Source: Ophelia neglecta (taxonomy: Eukaryota). From it: a DNA stretch of 64,000 bases. The notes beneath the pieces are model-generated. The model was not told the DNA's origin. It ran no database searches and saw nothing but the letters and a program-made list of their open reading frames with translations. The number at the start of each line of letters is the position of its first letter. The first letter of the stretch is position 1. The stretch lies in assembly GCA_965285935.1 (NCBI GenBank), contig OZ260666.1, forward strand, positions 51,460,001 to 51,524,000, read 5' to 3'. This document shows positions 12,659 through 25,570 of this stretch, piece by piece. The translations under genes were made by a program, and so were the position numbers.

Positions 12659-13839
12659 GTGAGCGTCCTTATCACTGCGGAGCCTGTGGTCAGCGCTACA
12701 CACAGGGCCATCTCCTGAAGTCCCATATCCGCAGTCGTCATAGTGGAAACATGGAATTCTACAACCTGGAGAAAAAGTCAGAGAGCACTCGTGGTCGTAA
12801 GTCTTTGGACATGAAGCATGAGATTCTGTTAGGTGGTAACGCTAAGCAGGACAAGATCTCAGCCCTGCTACAGGCAGTCACCAGCCAGTCTAGTCAGCCC
12901 CCTCCTCCACAGCTGCCACTCAAGCCTTTTGGAAATCTCCTCTCACCCACCATGTCCAATATGTCCATGAATAACTACATGAACAGCATGTCTCCATTTT
13001 TTAGCACACTACGACCCATGATGACACCCCTTGGCAACAGCCTGCTAGGCCCTAGATTCTTCACTCTTGGTGGTATGCCTAACGGCATGCCCAACCCAGT
13101 AAACCAGATGCTTCCCTCTGCTATGCAGCAGTCCCTAAACATGTTAAATGGTCAAACTCTAGCCGCTTCTCTCGCCATGTCCCAACAAGCACAGAGTCCC
13201 AAGAAGCAAGAAGCCCAAAGTCCAGAGCAGACTAGCATCGAACAGAATGGAATTAGGATCCCACTGAAGATACCTGAAGTCCAAAGTCCTCCTTCCTACA
13301 AGAGTTCTTCTCCTTTACCACCAACTGCTGACCAAAGTGAAGAGTCCAGTATCCCGCAGGACCTAACGACTAAACGTCCTGAGAGTCGTGAGACAAGCAG
13401 TATACAGAGGGTTGCTGAGAGTCTGCGTCTTGCCGCGGCCAGTCGAGCCGCGCCGGTTAAGGCCCAGACCCGAGAGGAGCCTGAGGACTTGTCCAGTGCC
13501 AGGCACACCCCCTCCACCATGTTTAACCCCCCAGAACCTCTCCCCGCTGAGTCGGTACCTCTGGTCTCAGAGGTGCTGCCACCCAGCGAGGTGATGCTGA
13601 AGCTGCGTCCAGAACATGCCCACACAGCAGAGACCTCCGCATTGGCTGCCTGCAACTGCAATCACCTCCATCAACTGAAAACCCTGAGAAAAAATGTGTT
13701 CCGAATGCTGAGCGTGTTCACTCCAGATCTCAGCAGAGATAGCTCCATTGATTTTGAAACTGATGAGGTGGATGAGCTTCTGCATGAGGTTATCTACAGC
13801 AACATAGATGACGACTGCTTCAAGCCTAAGAATGACTGA
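12659..13839 (+). CDS. C2H2 zinc-finger transcription factor, last exon (finger 3, low-complexity region, PxDLS motifs, C-terminal helical domain)
   Basis: Splicing the 171-nt intron restores the canonical TGERPY linker, followed by CGACGQRYTQGHLLKSHIRSRH. PQDLT and PEDLS motifs; TGA at 13837-13839. Confidence 0.92.
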
Positions 13840-16800
13840 AGGAAGGGAGGGGAGGCAACTATGAGAATTGGTCGCAGTCCTTGAGTATACAGGTGATAGG
13901 TGAAGGTTGTAAGACTGAGGGGTCTGTAGATAGGGATCTTTAAGATTTTGGTCGAGGGCTCAGCCAGGGAGAGTAGATTTCAGTGTTATAGGGCTAGGCT
14001 ATGTATTGAATAGTGACATCGTATTCTTGCGCCTAGTGTTGTGATAGGGCATTCATGCGATTTGGTGCAGAAGACTGTACATGCCATGATGTGAGGCATC
14101 AATCAGTCCAGCTTGTGCCATACTTGTTTGGCATTGTTGAGAAGGGCAAGCAATAAGCCATTGCTGGACAAGATTTTCTACTTGTAGGGACCAATTTGAA
14201 TTATTAGGGATGTCAACCATAACCACATGGTACCAGCAGTTGAATCCCGGTTGAACACTGGTGGGGACCAACATTTTATGGTCCATTTGGGTTTTGTTAA
14301 AGAATTTTTTCCAAATGAACACAGTGTCAAGTATTTTGGAACATGTATGAAAGGTCACAAAATGCAACTATTTTGCTACAGGGAATTTTTGCCCGCAAAT
14401 TTGTCTGCACATGCACAAAGATGTGCCAACTAGTGGTTTATCATGCTGTTTTTTTTCACATTGCTTTAAAACATGCAACTTGAAGTTCAGTACAAACTTC
14501 CATTGCCATGGAGATCATTTGACATTGGAAGACTTTAGCACATTTGATGCAGAGAAGTTGTGCAGGCAGATTGAATTTGGTAGGGTGAAAGAACCAACAA
14601 AAAGAGTAAGAATCATTCTACATTCCTTTGAAAGAGTTATGCTGGACGGAGATTAATATAAAGGCGCCTTTGAGCATTGTCTGACCAGAGAATTTATTTT
14701 CACATAGCGCCCAAAGGGTGTTGTTAAACTGTGTTGATATATATGTAAACACCATATATTAGTATGGGTGTTTGTATAAGGATCTTTTTTTAGAGAGTAC
14801 TTATTTTAGATGAAGGCAAGCAAACATATTGTTCCATATCTCTTTTGAATTGTAAGATATATCTGTTTTATAGGCCTAGCCAATGGACAACCAAAACCAA
14901 ATGCCATGTCTTGTAGTATATATAAATATTATAAATATATATTAATACTTAGAGAGTAGAAAGAGCTTATATATTTAATGTATCATTCCAGAGTAGAGAG
15001 CAGTTAAGGAATGAGCTTTGTATACATGTCATAGAAGGGCAATAACCAATGATGGATAGATGTTTGTAATGTACGTAGTGCTTATTGCATTGTTGTCTCA
15101 CGCTTTTATAGTTCACAAGGCGGTATTTTTACTGCCAGGGTGTGTGTCTAGAGCTCTGTATAGGAGACTGATATATATATTGTGATAGATAATGCACAAT
15201 TGCATAATTTATTTAGTAATCATTCCACAGTAGGGAGGCAAGCTGAGCAAATCATCTTTTATACAGATATATTTAATCGACATAGCAATACTGCTTTATA
15301 ACGTTTGAATGAGTAAGATTTGTAAATAGAATGCAAAGATACCCATTTATATTTAATATGATGCTGTTATTCCAGATGATAAGGTATAAATGCAAATAGT
15401 TCTTCCATTAATTTAATCTGAAGCACCGCTGGGAATATTTTATTGTAACACAGGCAAGCTAAAGATGACTTGCGTTGCAATTCCCTGCCCTGCCATATAA
15501 TATATATTGGAGCCCTGGCTCGCTAGTGTGTTCATATCTACCTATTTTATTGATTATCTCAACCAGTTGGCATGGAAACTGGCACACGAAGGAGCTACAA
15601 AAACCAGAGGTCATAGTTCACTCCAGTCCCACAAAGTCATTTTGCACTTGTTATTCTAGCCACAATTTTGTATTGTAAAGGACCCCAATCACTGATATGA
15701 GTTTTGCGTAGACTCCGCCCTATGGGCTCCTTGATAAGGAGCACGGAGCTTCTAGTCAGAACATTTATCCAGCTTGTTTATCTCATAACCAGAAACTTTG
15801 CTTCTCTGTTTATTATTTTAAGATAAATTTCCACTTTTTGTTTTGTGCAGCATTGTAGTATTTATGTCAAGGTTGATTGCATAAGTTATTTTTCCAAGGC
15901 ATTTATGTATCATAGCTCGAAAGTTATGACCTAGCTTTAAGTTGCAGATCTGATTTTCATGCCCCTTTGATGGAATGGTGCATATTTGTGTTTATGTGCA
16001 GTGGCATTTATGTCATCTCTCTGGTTGGGATATGTCCTAGCTCCTCCATCTTTATCTCGTATTACGGAGGTGCATAAATATTAAACCCTGTGGCATCAAG
16101 TGCAATGGGATATCTCCGTTCCTATTTGATCAATGTGTTCAATACCAGCCCCAACCCCTACACCTTTCCCCCAATTTAGGCCTTGACATTTTTGTAGCAT
16201 CATCACTGGAAAAACAGGGCTAAATCTGAGATTTTCTCAGATGGAATTTATCAAGACATTTGGGTGGAAACATGGTATTTTATCTCTGTCTATATGTAAT
16301 CATAGATATCAAACAAGGGATGAAATCCTGCATTATCTACCAAGTTGCATCATGTTCAAGTCTACAAGATGTAATTGTACCATACATATGTAGCAGATTT
16401 GTCTAGTAGCTTTTTTTTTGCTGTGACAAGGGTAGCACAAAGAGGAACTAGTTCTTATGCATTGCCATTGTCAGTCAGCTGAATGAGTGGCTTAGACGTT
16501 GACAGCACCACGACCCGCCGTATCACGCGTATTGTGTTACACGGGCATTATTTGACCATCTGGTCTCCGTGGATCCATCTTTCACTGCTTTAAATTGAAA
16601 GCCCATATATGCTCTTCCCCAAAGCTGCTGCAGAGTTATTCATAGCCCAGGTTGGAATATATTCACTGTAAAGGCTGCTTGTTGAATTATTTTATAATTT
16701 TTACTCAGATGTTAATTGTGATTTTGAGGTCAAATTCACTGTATAAATTTGAAACTTCCAATTGATCAAGTATATTTGTCGAGCTTCCAGAAGTTATAAA

Positions 16801-19800
16801 GGTTAACGCATTGCAACTGGCACAAAGAGGTTTGATGGCTTCCTGTAATCATGGCATGATTTTAGCTGTGATTCGCTATAATTACTGTTGTAAATTAATC
16901 CGCTGACGCATGGCTAAATTTCGTTCCTTGAGTGCTTGCTTAATGTTGTGTTACCATGGTTTCAGGGCATTTACTGGTTTTAATGCTATACTTTTGTCAT
17001 TATCTTTCCTGGCTTTTCTCATTTGCATAAATTATGCAGATCAATAGTTCAGCACTACAATCAGAGCAGTGCAGCGGGTTTTCTCTTTGTATGTAAGGTA
17101 CGGCAATCCTTCAATAGAGGCACTGAATAAATTATGCCAGTTGCCTAGTGTGGGACGTGATTTGGAGTCCCAGCCTCAATCACGGCTGTCAAGATATTCA
17201 GACATAGTAGATGGATGCTTTTTGTGTTCCGTCTGTTTGCAGTAGCATACGTCACTCCACCTATATTATCTTTGTCAAATTATTGATGAATATCAAATCA
17301 GATAGGGCCAAACAGTAAGGAGCTTCATAGATTTCTTGTAGTCAATAATCTGTCCCCAATGGGGATGGTTTATTGCATAACTCGCCACTATATGCACATG
17401 TATTATAGATTCTATAGAAAAATCTATCAACAGTGTATAGTTTTATACACGCATAAAGCCTTCATTCTCCAGTGTTTATCAGTTGGAGACACCACTTGAA
17501 TGTATACCAGACAATGACATACAAACATGGTGTTCAGTTTTCTCTCTCGATTTGTATCAGCCGTTCTTGATTACTCCTTTAATAGAATATATATTTGTAT
17601 ACAATTTGTAGCAAACAAAAATAAGTTTGTTAAATCTTTCACTTCTGAAACAAAGAGTATGGGTATATTTTGAAAAATATTTGGTAAGGATAGATATTTT
17701 CTAAACATTGTTTAGGATTGCACTTATTTGAGATGAAGTAGGCCTGCTATTTGATTAATCATTTTAATTGATAAGTGTGCACTTCCATCCAAATTTATTT
17801 GTCTATAAATTAAATACCTTACAACCATTCTTTGTACCCATGTCATGATAATCTATGTTATAGTGAAACGAATGTATTAAAACCAGATGAACTGTACTCT
17901 GAAGCAATATATACATATTTTACTTAAAATGTGATTAGAAACTCTGTGGTTCTAGTTCCTAGCAAGCCAAGTGGTGTGACAGTGTAGTATGGTGAATAGA
18001 ATGTACTACTGTTATAATACTGACAATAGATACAAGTATGCCAGATAGAATGTGGTAAAGCATTAAGTAAAAAGTCTATTAACTGTTGTTTGAAGTAAAT
18101 TTGGAATAGAAATATTTGGGCCTGATTTAAGTAAACATGGCAAAATGTTAATAATGATGCAATAGAGCTTCCAAAAAGAGAAAAATACAAAAAAATCTAT
18201 AAACTGTAGCCTGCCACAGTCTGATATCTGAATTAATCATCGTAATAACAATAGTCTTTGTCATATGTTTAGAACCACTACAATGGAAGTTAACTAAATA
18301 AAGGTCCTCTTATTTCTGTCGCAGCAATTGTACAAGGTCACCATATTCTGATAACAAAGGGCTTGGTCTGTTATGCAATTAAATTTAACATGGAAATCTT
18401 TCATTGTTTCAAGTTTACTTCACCGATCCAAATGTAATCATGCAATGAGCTCCAGCCAAATTTCAAGTTTGACTATATGAAGAGAACTGTTGTGAATATG
18501 CATATCTCAAAATGCTGTGTTAGTCTTGTGGACCATGATTGTATATAGATCACATTTTCAATTTAAACTTACATACTTATGGATGCAAAGTTGATTATTT
18601 TTAATTTATTCTGTTTTAATATTGTCTACTTAACTTACAAATCATTGCAACCCCTTTGGGTGAAAAACTTCCTCATGCATTTGTTTAAATCATTCCAGTG
18701 TAGAGATGTGAAAAGATGTGTTCTCTTGTACAAGACCTCCCTAGAAGGTTGATGGTCATAAAATGGCCGAAATGGATTCAAACTTACATATTTGATAACA
18801 ACAGTAATTAACATGTGAAATGTGATCGTCACAATCTGTCACTAGGTGCTTATCAATTTGTCACAAAGCATGTTACAGGTGTATCACACTGTTACATGCC
18901 CAATGTTACAGTGTCAGTGTTATTCAGCCCAGTGTAACATGTGGACATGTTACATATCACACTAAATTTGTCAAATAGTAAATGTCACAAACTTGTAACT
19001 GGCTGTAGTAAGCTGATTCAATGGGTGCATATTCCATGGTGTTTGAGTTATATTTGGAAATGTTTGTTTTTGTTTTTGATTGATGAGAGTAAATTATTGT
19101 TTTTCAGTTTCATCATTATCTTTTGCACCAAAGTCATGTTAAACATGATATTGTCACCATACACCAAACACATTTATTTTTAGTATTAGTTGGTGCCAAA
19201 AAGGGAAAGGTATGTACAACATGTATAGCAAATTGGCCAGCAAGATTAGGATGACTAGTTGATATTTCTTGGGCATACTTAATACAATCTCTAATAAAAG
19301 ATCTCACAGAACATGCTGCACTTATACCTGGCAAAAAGGTGCATGTGCACCCTGCCTCAACTCGGACTCTGGCAAAAATTGAATATTAAGATCTAGTCAG
19401 AAGATATGATCTTTTCAAAACCATAAGGCAAAAAATGGTACAACATAATATTGAGGCCAAATCTGTTTGCTATACATGCAGCTATATATCCGCATTGAGT
19501 TTTGTCAAAACTATAACCCCAGTGATTTTTTGGCCGGAGTTATATTTATTTTGTGTATCTATGAGTACATATTGTACCAAAAAATAGTTGAGAACACTGC
19601 CATTACTATGTTATCTCAGTACATTAAGTCACAATTTTATTGCTATAAAAAAAAACTTACAGTCTCATTTATGTAGAGTAAATGAACAAATATAATTTAT
19701 TGAGTCGAGATATTTATATATTAACAGAGTATGTAAGCATCAGCCAAGTATTTGTAGTGTGAATGTTGTTGTAGTATAAAGTATCCAATGTTCCTGTGTA

Positions 19801-19997
19801 AATGTGCTAAATGAATGTCACTCTATACATATAATCCTTAATGTCTCAGTGTGTAGGTTTCTAGTCTAGATCAGTGTTACAATACAGTGTAGCCAACAGA
19901 ACCAGTCCATAGATGTAGTCAACGAGAACATGGCACCAGGCCATGTGTATATCAGACAACAGTGTCTTTAGGTGTACAATCACCAAAAGTTATTTAA

Positions 19998-20003
19998 AAT
20001 AAA
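19998..20003 (+). terminator. Probable polyadenylation signal of the C2H2 gene
   Basis: AATAAA followed by GT/T-rich TTTGATGTGTTTGTT. Another AATAAA lies near 18297. Confidence 0.45.
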
Positions 20004-23000
20004 GTAGATTTTGTATGCAATTTGATGTGTTTGTTATCTTTCAATACTCTAGCACAGGACTCCCTCATTTTCTTCCTATTGCCTTCATTCATTTTCTTCC
20101 TATTGCCTTCAAAGTTTTGTTTTAATTAAACTGTGAACTGAATACTGGAGTTGCCAAATTAAAAATAAAAATGAAAACTTCTAAGCAAAGATGTGGTTAA
20201 AAGATATAAATTTGTAAATTGTAAAACACTTTTTTAGGTAACTACTTGTATGTGCACTTTGAAAATGAATGTATGTTTAACAGACATAACTTCCCACAAT
20301 GTTCTGCACCTGTGGTGTGAGTTGAACCTTGATTATGTGTTGATATATTCTTATCATGATTGAAGCCTGATGTGGAGAAGGGCCGCCATTTTTTCTTTCT
20401 CAATATGTGATGGAAAAATTAGTTCATATATTTGCATTTCATCATCAGTTTTTCAGAGCAGATAAACTTGTGCCTCAAGTATAGCAAAAAAGGCTAAAAG
20501 ACCAATTAATGTTACTAACTGGTATCGTCTGGAATTAAATTTTAACAAGTAAATATTAAATGATTACCTAGCTGGTACAGAACGGTAGATGGATTAGAAA
20601 TTAGTATTTGTTTGGTTTGTGCTTGACTGCATGTTTGAATTGCATGTCGTCTATGACTATAACCACGATACTAAATTGTTAAGCTTTTCTTTTGGCATTA
20701 ATTACAAAAAAGCTTGATGCACTATGCATCCAATAATATTCTCTTTATGATATAAGATACTCAAAAAATGAGATAGATACTAAACTTTTCTTAACAAAAA
20801 TAAATCCATCAATATGTACGAGATATCAGATGCACAGACTTGCGCACAAACTCGGGCTTATCATGTACTTCCATTTCCATTTGCTCAGTACATATTCTGG
20901 ATATATTTAGACGAGAATGGAATTAATATGGCTGGCACAATAAAATCCTTGAGCTTGTTTATACAGCCTTAGATCAATAACTTGGTATATTGCCTATAAC
21001 ATAGGCCGTTAATGACAAAGTGCATCGCCTTGCATTTCCCAATAATAACCCTTTCTGGGGGTAGTCTGCTACAGGCTTAAATGTACACCAAAATTGCTCA
21101 TTAATTATCCTGGTCTGTTTGAGAGAAAAAAACTAGCAATTGAAAAAACCTTCAATGTTTGGATTAAGCACGACCAGTTTTTACACCCCACTTGGTATCA
21201 GATAAATGTATCACCAAGCCAAATATAGGTGATTTTTTTAGCATATTAATGCAACCTGTTATGTTTTCTAATTATTATATTTCTATATCTTCATTGTTTT
21301 TGCTGTGACTCATTGTTTTGTCTCGGCCCATAAGATACCCACAGTCACTGCAGCCACAATGGCAGTTAGTGTTTGCACTCAGTGTCATGATCTTTTCAAA
21401 TGAGCAACATAAAGCCAGATATAGCCTTTGCTGAATCCCCATGCAGTTATAAATCACTGTAAGGATTCAATAGAATTCAGCGCTCTAGTTTAGCTGGTTA
21501 TTTGGATAAGACAATTAATATGGAGCCACTGTAGGCTATAAAGCAGGAGATGAATATTAATTTGGGCTTAGATTTAATATTGTGCCAACCTTTGAACATC
21601 AGTATGGCTTCCACTGATTTGCAACTCATAAATGTTTGCTGTCAAGTATAATGACATTTATCCAATACTTGTTTAAACATTAGTGGTTCTACAATGGTTA
21701 TCCATATACAACAATGGAAGGAATATGTGTGAATACTTTTACCATATGCCAAACCAAGTAAATATTAGGGTCCCAATAATAGTGGTGAAAACCGACTGGT
21801 GTTATTAGGTAGGATTTCCAGGAACACTGTAGCAGGGTCACCAATGTTTATGCTTTCAAAATTGATCTAATGTACAATTCAGCAATCGAACAATTTGTTT
21901 CCAGAATTTTGATTTTTATCTTTTATGCACAACTAGACCTTCTGATAGCCACTCGGCATTGCTCTCCCATAAGATTCATCATGCGCTGACAGTGTGATCC
22001 AATCCATTTAACAAAGAACTTGCATTTCTTGCATCTGTCTTGCCCTGCCACATACTGTATGTTTCGGCCTGTCGAAACTGTTACCATGGAAATGATTCAT
22101 TTGATTATGCAGATCACATTGTAACAGCAATTTCAGAGGAGCAGGGGGATCTGTCATCTTGTATGTCAAGGAAAGGGTGGTGTTGGTGGGCAAGCCCCTC
22201 CAGCTATATCAAGGGGAATAACACAGATAGACTGTGACACATTGCAGTGTTCTGGTCAATTTGTGATGGGTGACTAAACATAACCAGAATTATTGTAATA
22301 AGTATTGTGTGACAGTCTCTATATATCTATTATCTCTGTCCCAAAAGAACTGAATACAGAATAAAAACATGTGACAAAGACAACAAACACAACATTTACA
22401 AAATCATTAAATCATCTCAGCAGGATTTTTAAAAAATGAAGATAATAAATGGCAAATCTTCTTTAGGATCCATAATATTCCAGTAAACTGAGAGATACAA
22501 AGACAAAATCACACCCCTATACATCCCCGGGAGCGTTTGATGATAACCTTTGGCCCCCCTCCACATCTTTATCTTCTTCTGCCCCACTATATGTCAGTAT
22601 TATAGTGCCCCAAACGTCACAGGCAAATTGTTGAAAGAAGCAGATACATAAAAATATTGCATGCTAGGTCATAATGTCAGCTTTGAAACGTGCAGGCCGC
22701 GTGGCACCCAATCAAAATGCTGCAATCCTGTTTATCTAAATTCAGGAAATTGTTCTTAGGCAAACATGGATTTAGTGAGGAGCAAGAGATGCAACCAAAA
22801 AGTACCACAGTAGCCCAAATAAATACCGGATATTAGAAATATAGAACACATGCATAATATCAAGTTATTTACAATCTCGTTTCTAATCTATAGCAACTCA
22901 TAAAAACTAGGACAAGAAAATTAAGGAAACTGAAGATAAATTGAGTTTACCATATAAATGTGCTTAAAGAACTGGAGAGAATTACATAGATAATAAAGTG

Positions 23001-25564
23001 TTCACTGGAAAACAAAACCACTCCTAATAAAGACTAGCAGTACATGTAATCCAAATGTCATTCCAATGACCCATTCATTGAGAGGCAAATTAAACCTTTG
23101 TCAAAGCGTTTAGTTAAATCCTCCTGAAAACAATTTTTGGTAGCAGCCAGTCCCAATGACTGTGCTACAGTAATGATGAGTAAGAGAACGGAGGGGAACA
23201 AAGAAATAGAAGTTCTCTTGTCTGGAAATAGATCAGTATTAAAATGGACATGTAATAGTGTGCTGTAATGGCCAAGTCTTCACAATGTGTAATTAAATAC
23301 TGAAATAATAAGAGGTGGCAGCATGCAGAGATTCAAGAGGACCAGTGTAAACAGGGAAATTTCCTTGTCACAGAGCACCACAACGGAAACATGATTGAGA
23401 GGCTGCCTAAGTGAAAAGTAAAAAGAAGTTGAAATATCGACATAACAACATAAAACATTCATTTCTGTTAACCATTAATCAACAAGAGGGCCCACATTAA
23501 AGAGTGTGTATACTGTGGCCTTGTACACAACCAAGTCAAAACACATAATATTAAATCTATATCCTTTGACAGACATTTATGAAGATTGAAATTCCTTTCA
23601 TAATTCATACCAAGATCTGCTATTATTAATATTCAGACATGATTTAGATCTTGCAACCTCTTGTTTATTTGAAGGCTGCACATTATGATTTTATTGATCC
23701 TAAGCAGCACTCTATTGAGGTAGTGGAGTGGATATTTTATTGAAGTGAGCTGTTCTTTAGTGTTGCACTATGGAATTTCTAGTAGCCATTTATAATATGT
23801 ATTCTATTTTAAGCTGAACATATTCAAGCACATACAGAACACAGAGAGCTGAATGGCTGCTGTGCCCAATGTAATTTAAATACTCGGGTACACTAACTCT
23901 ATAACCTGGTAGAGGAGTTTTGAAATTCCATCATAGCTTGATTACAAAGCTGTATATTCTCATAGACTTGATTGCATTAGACATCTAGACAGGCACGTTA
24001 GCCACTCTTTTTCCTGGTATACTAATGCAATAAGACAGTCCTGTGTTCATGCACAGACACTATTTTTAGAAGACTAGGCAGATATGCTTCAGCTAATGAG
24101 ACACACAAGTGCCAAGTTTATAACAAGAGACAGTTCTTTCAATCAAGACCAAGATAAAACATTCTTTATACATAATAAGTACATAACTCCCTCCAACAGG
24201 GTCTATTATCATTTTAATTAAAACAAAGACCTAGATCTCTATTTGTTATACATAGAAGAAAGAAATAAAACCATGTATTGGTGATTTCGTGACATCAACT
24301 TGTTCTTCGGGATAATCACTAGCAAAAAAATCACATTAAATGGATAGGTAACATACACTTGCAAGTTGGCTGGTATTATACAAGTTTTTTGGCCTTAATG
24401 CAGACCTCCGGCCTTGTAATAAAATCCTTACAAGTAAAGAAGACATAAGATAGCTGGAGTAGCTTTAATTATTAATATCTATGATTGATGTTGTGTCAAA
24501 TTAAAAGGAAAGAAACGCCAATAAGATATATCATGTCGTTACTATTGTATGGCGTATTCAATATAATACTTCATGGAGAGTTTGCTGAGAATGTATACTC
24601 AGGGGCCAGGGATGCTGGAGTCTTCCCGTGGGGCGAAGACATGGGATGCTGGGGTCCTTCGATGGGGAGGAGACAGACAGCAGGTAGGCCATAGATTACA
24701 CAGTGGTGAAAAACTTGAAATGTTTCTTGCTGCCATTTGTGACATGGGGACATGTAATATAGACCCTAAAACATGAAGAGTTGCGGAGAAACTGTGAATG
24801 ATGCGACAAGCTGTCTCCAGGGAGACTCCCTGGATAAAGATTATACATACATCCTAACAATAAAATCAAATAACCAACAACCAGGGATAGAAAATACACC
24901 CAGGCAATCCGCTGATGTGATTAAAGGAGAAATATGCTAGGAGGTGATTGTCCAAATTGGTATGCATTTACCACAAATTTGATTAGATAAGTTATGATTT
25001 GTTCACATGGTGCCTGTTCGAGATTGCCGTCACCTCTGAGGTGGTTTAATTAAGAAGTAGTGATGTTTGTAACGACCAACAAGAAGGGTATGACACCCCA
25101 GCGGGCTTAGAAACAAGCCAATAGGGCGTAATGATTTAGATTAGGAGCAACGGCAGAGGCACAAATAAACCAGCACACACAGTAATGGGGATATATGATT
25201 ATAATTAACAAAATGGTGGTGAGCCTTTTTTCACACAAAACATCTTTGATAAGGTGCTAGATCAGGTGACAGCCACGAATGTTATAGAGTCCTAGTTATA
25301 GCCAGACACATTAAACATTAAACTCCAGACACTCTTATGACATAAAAGAGCAATTTTAAAACAAAAAGCATTAAGCCCATAATAGTTATACTTTACCATT
25401 AACAAACATTGTACATTAAACATATAGTTAAAATGTAAGTTCTGAAAAGAACTAAAACAATTGGGTTTGTATTATGGAAATGAAAACTATTTCTTTTTGA
25501 AATTGAATTGTATGCAGATGTTTATAGAAAACAAGGAGGCAAATTGATAGTTTATGTACAAATT

Positions 25565-25570
25565 TTTATT
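25565..25570 (-). terminator. Probable polyadenylation signal of UBE2M
   Basis: TTTATT on + (AATAAA on -), about 720 nt past the UBE2M stop. Confidence 0.45.

Noticed and set aside
11478-13785. Antisense and alternate-frame ORFs over the zinc-finger exons
   Set aside because: Shadow ORFs expected in GC-richer coding sequence.
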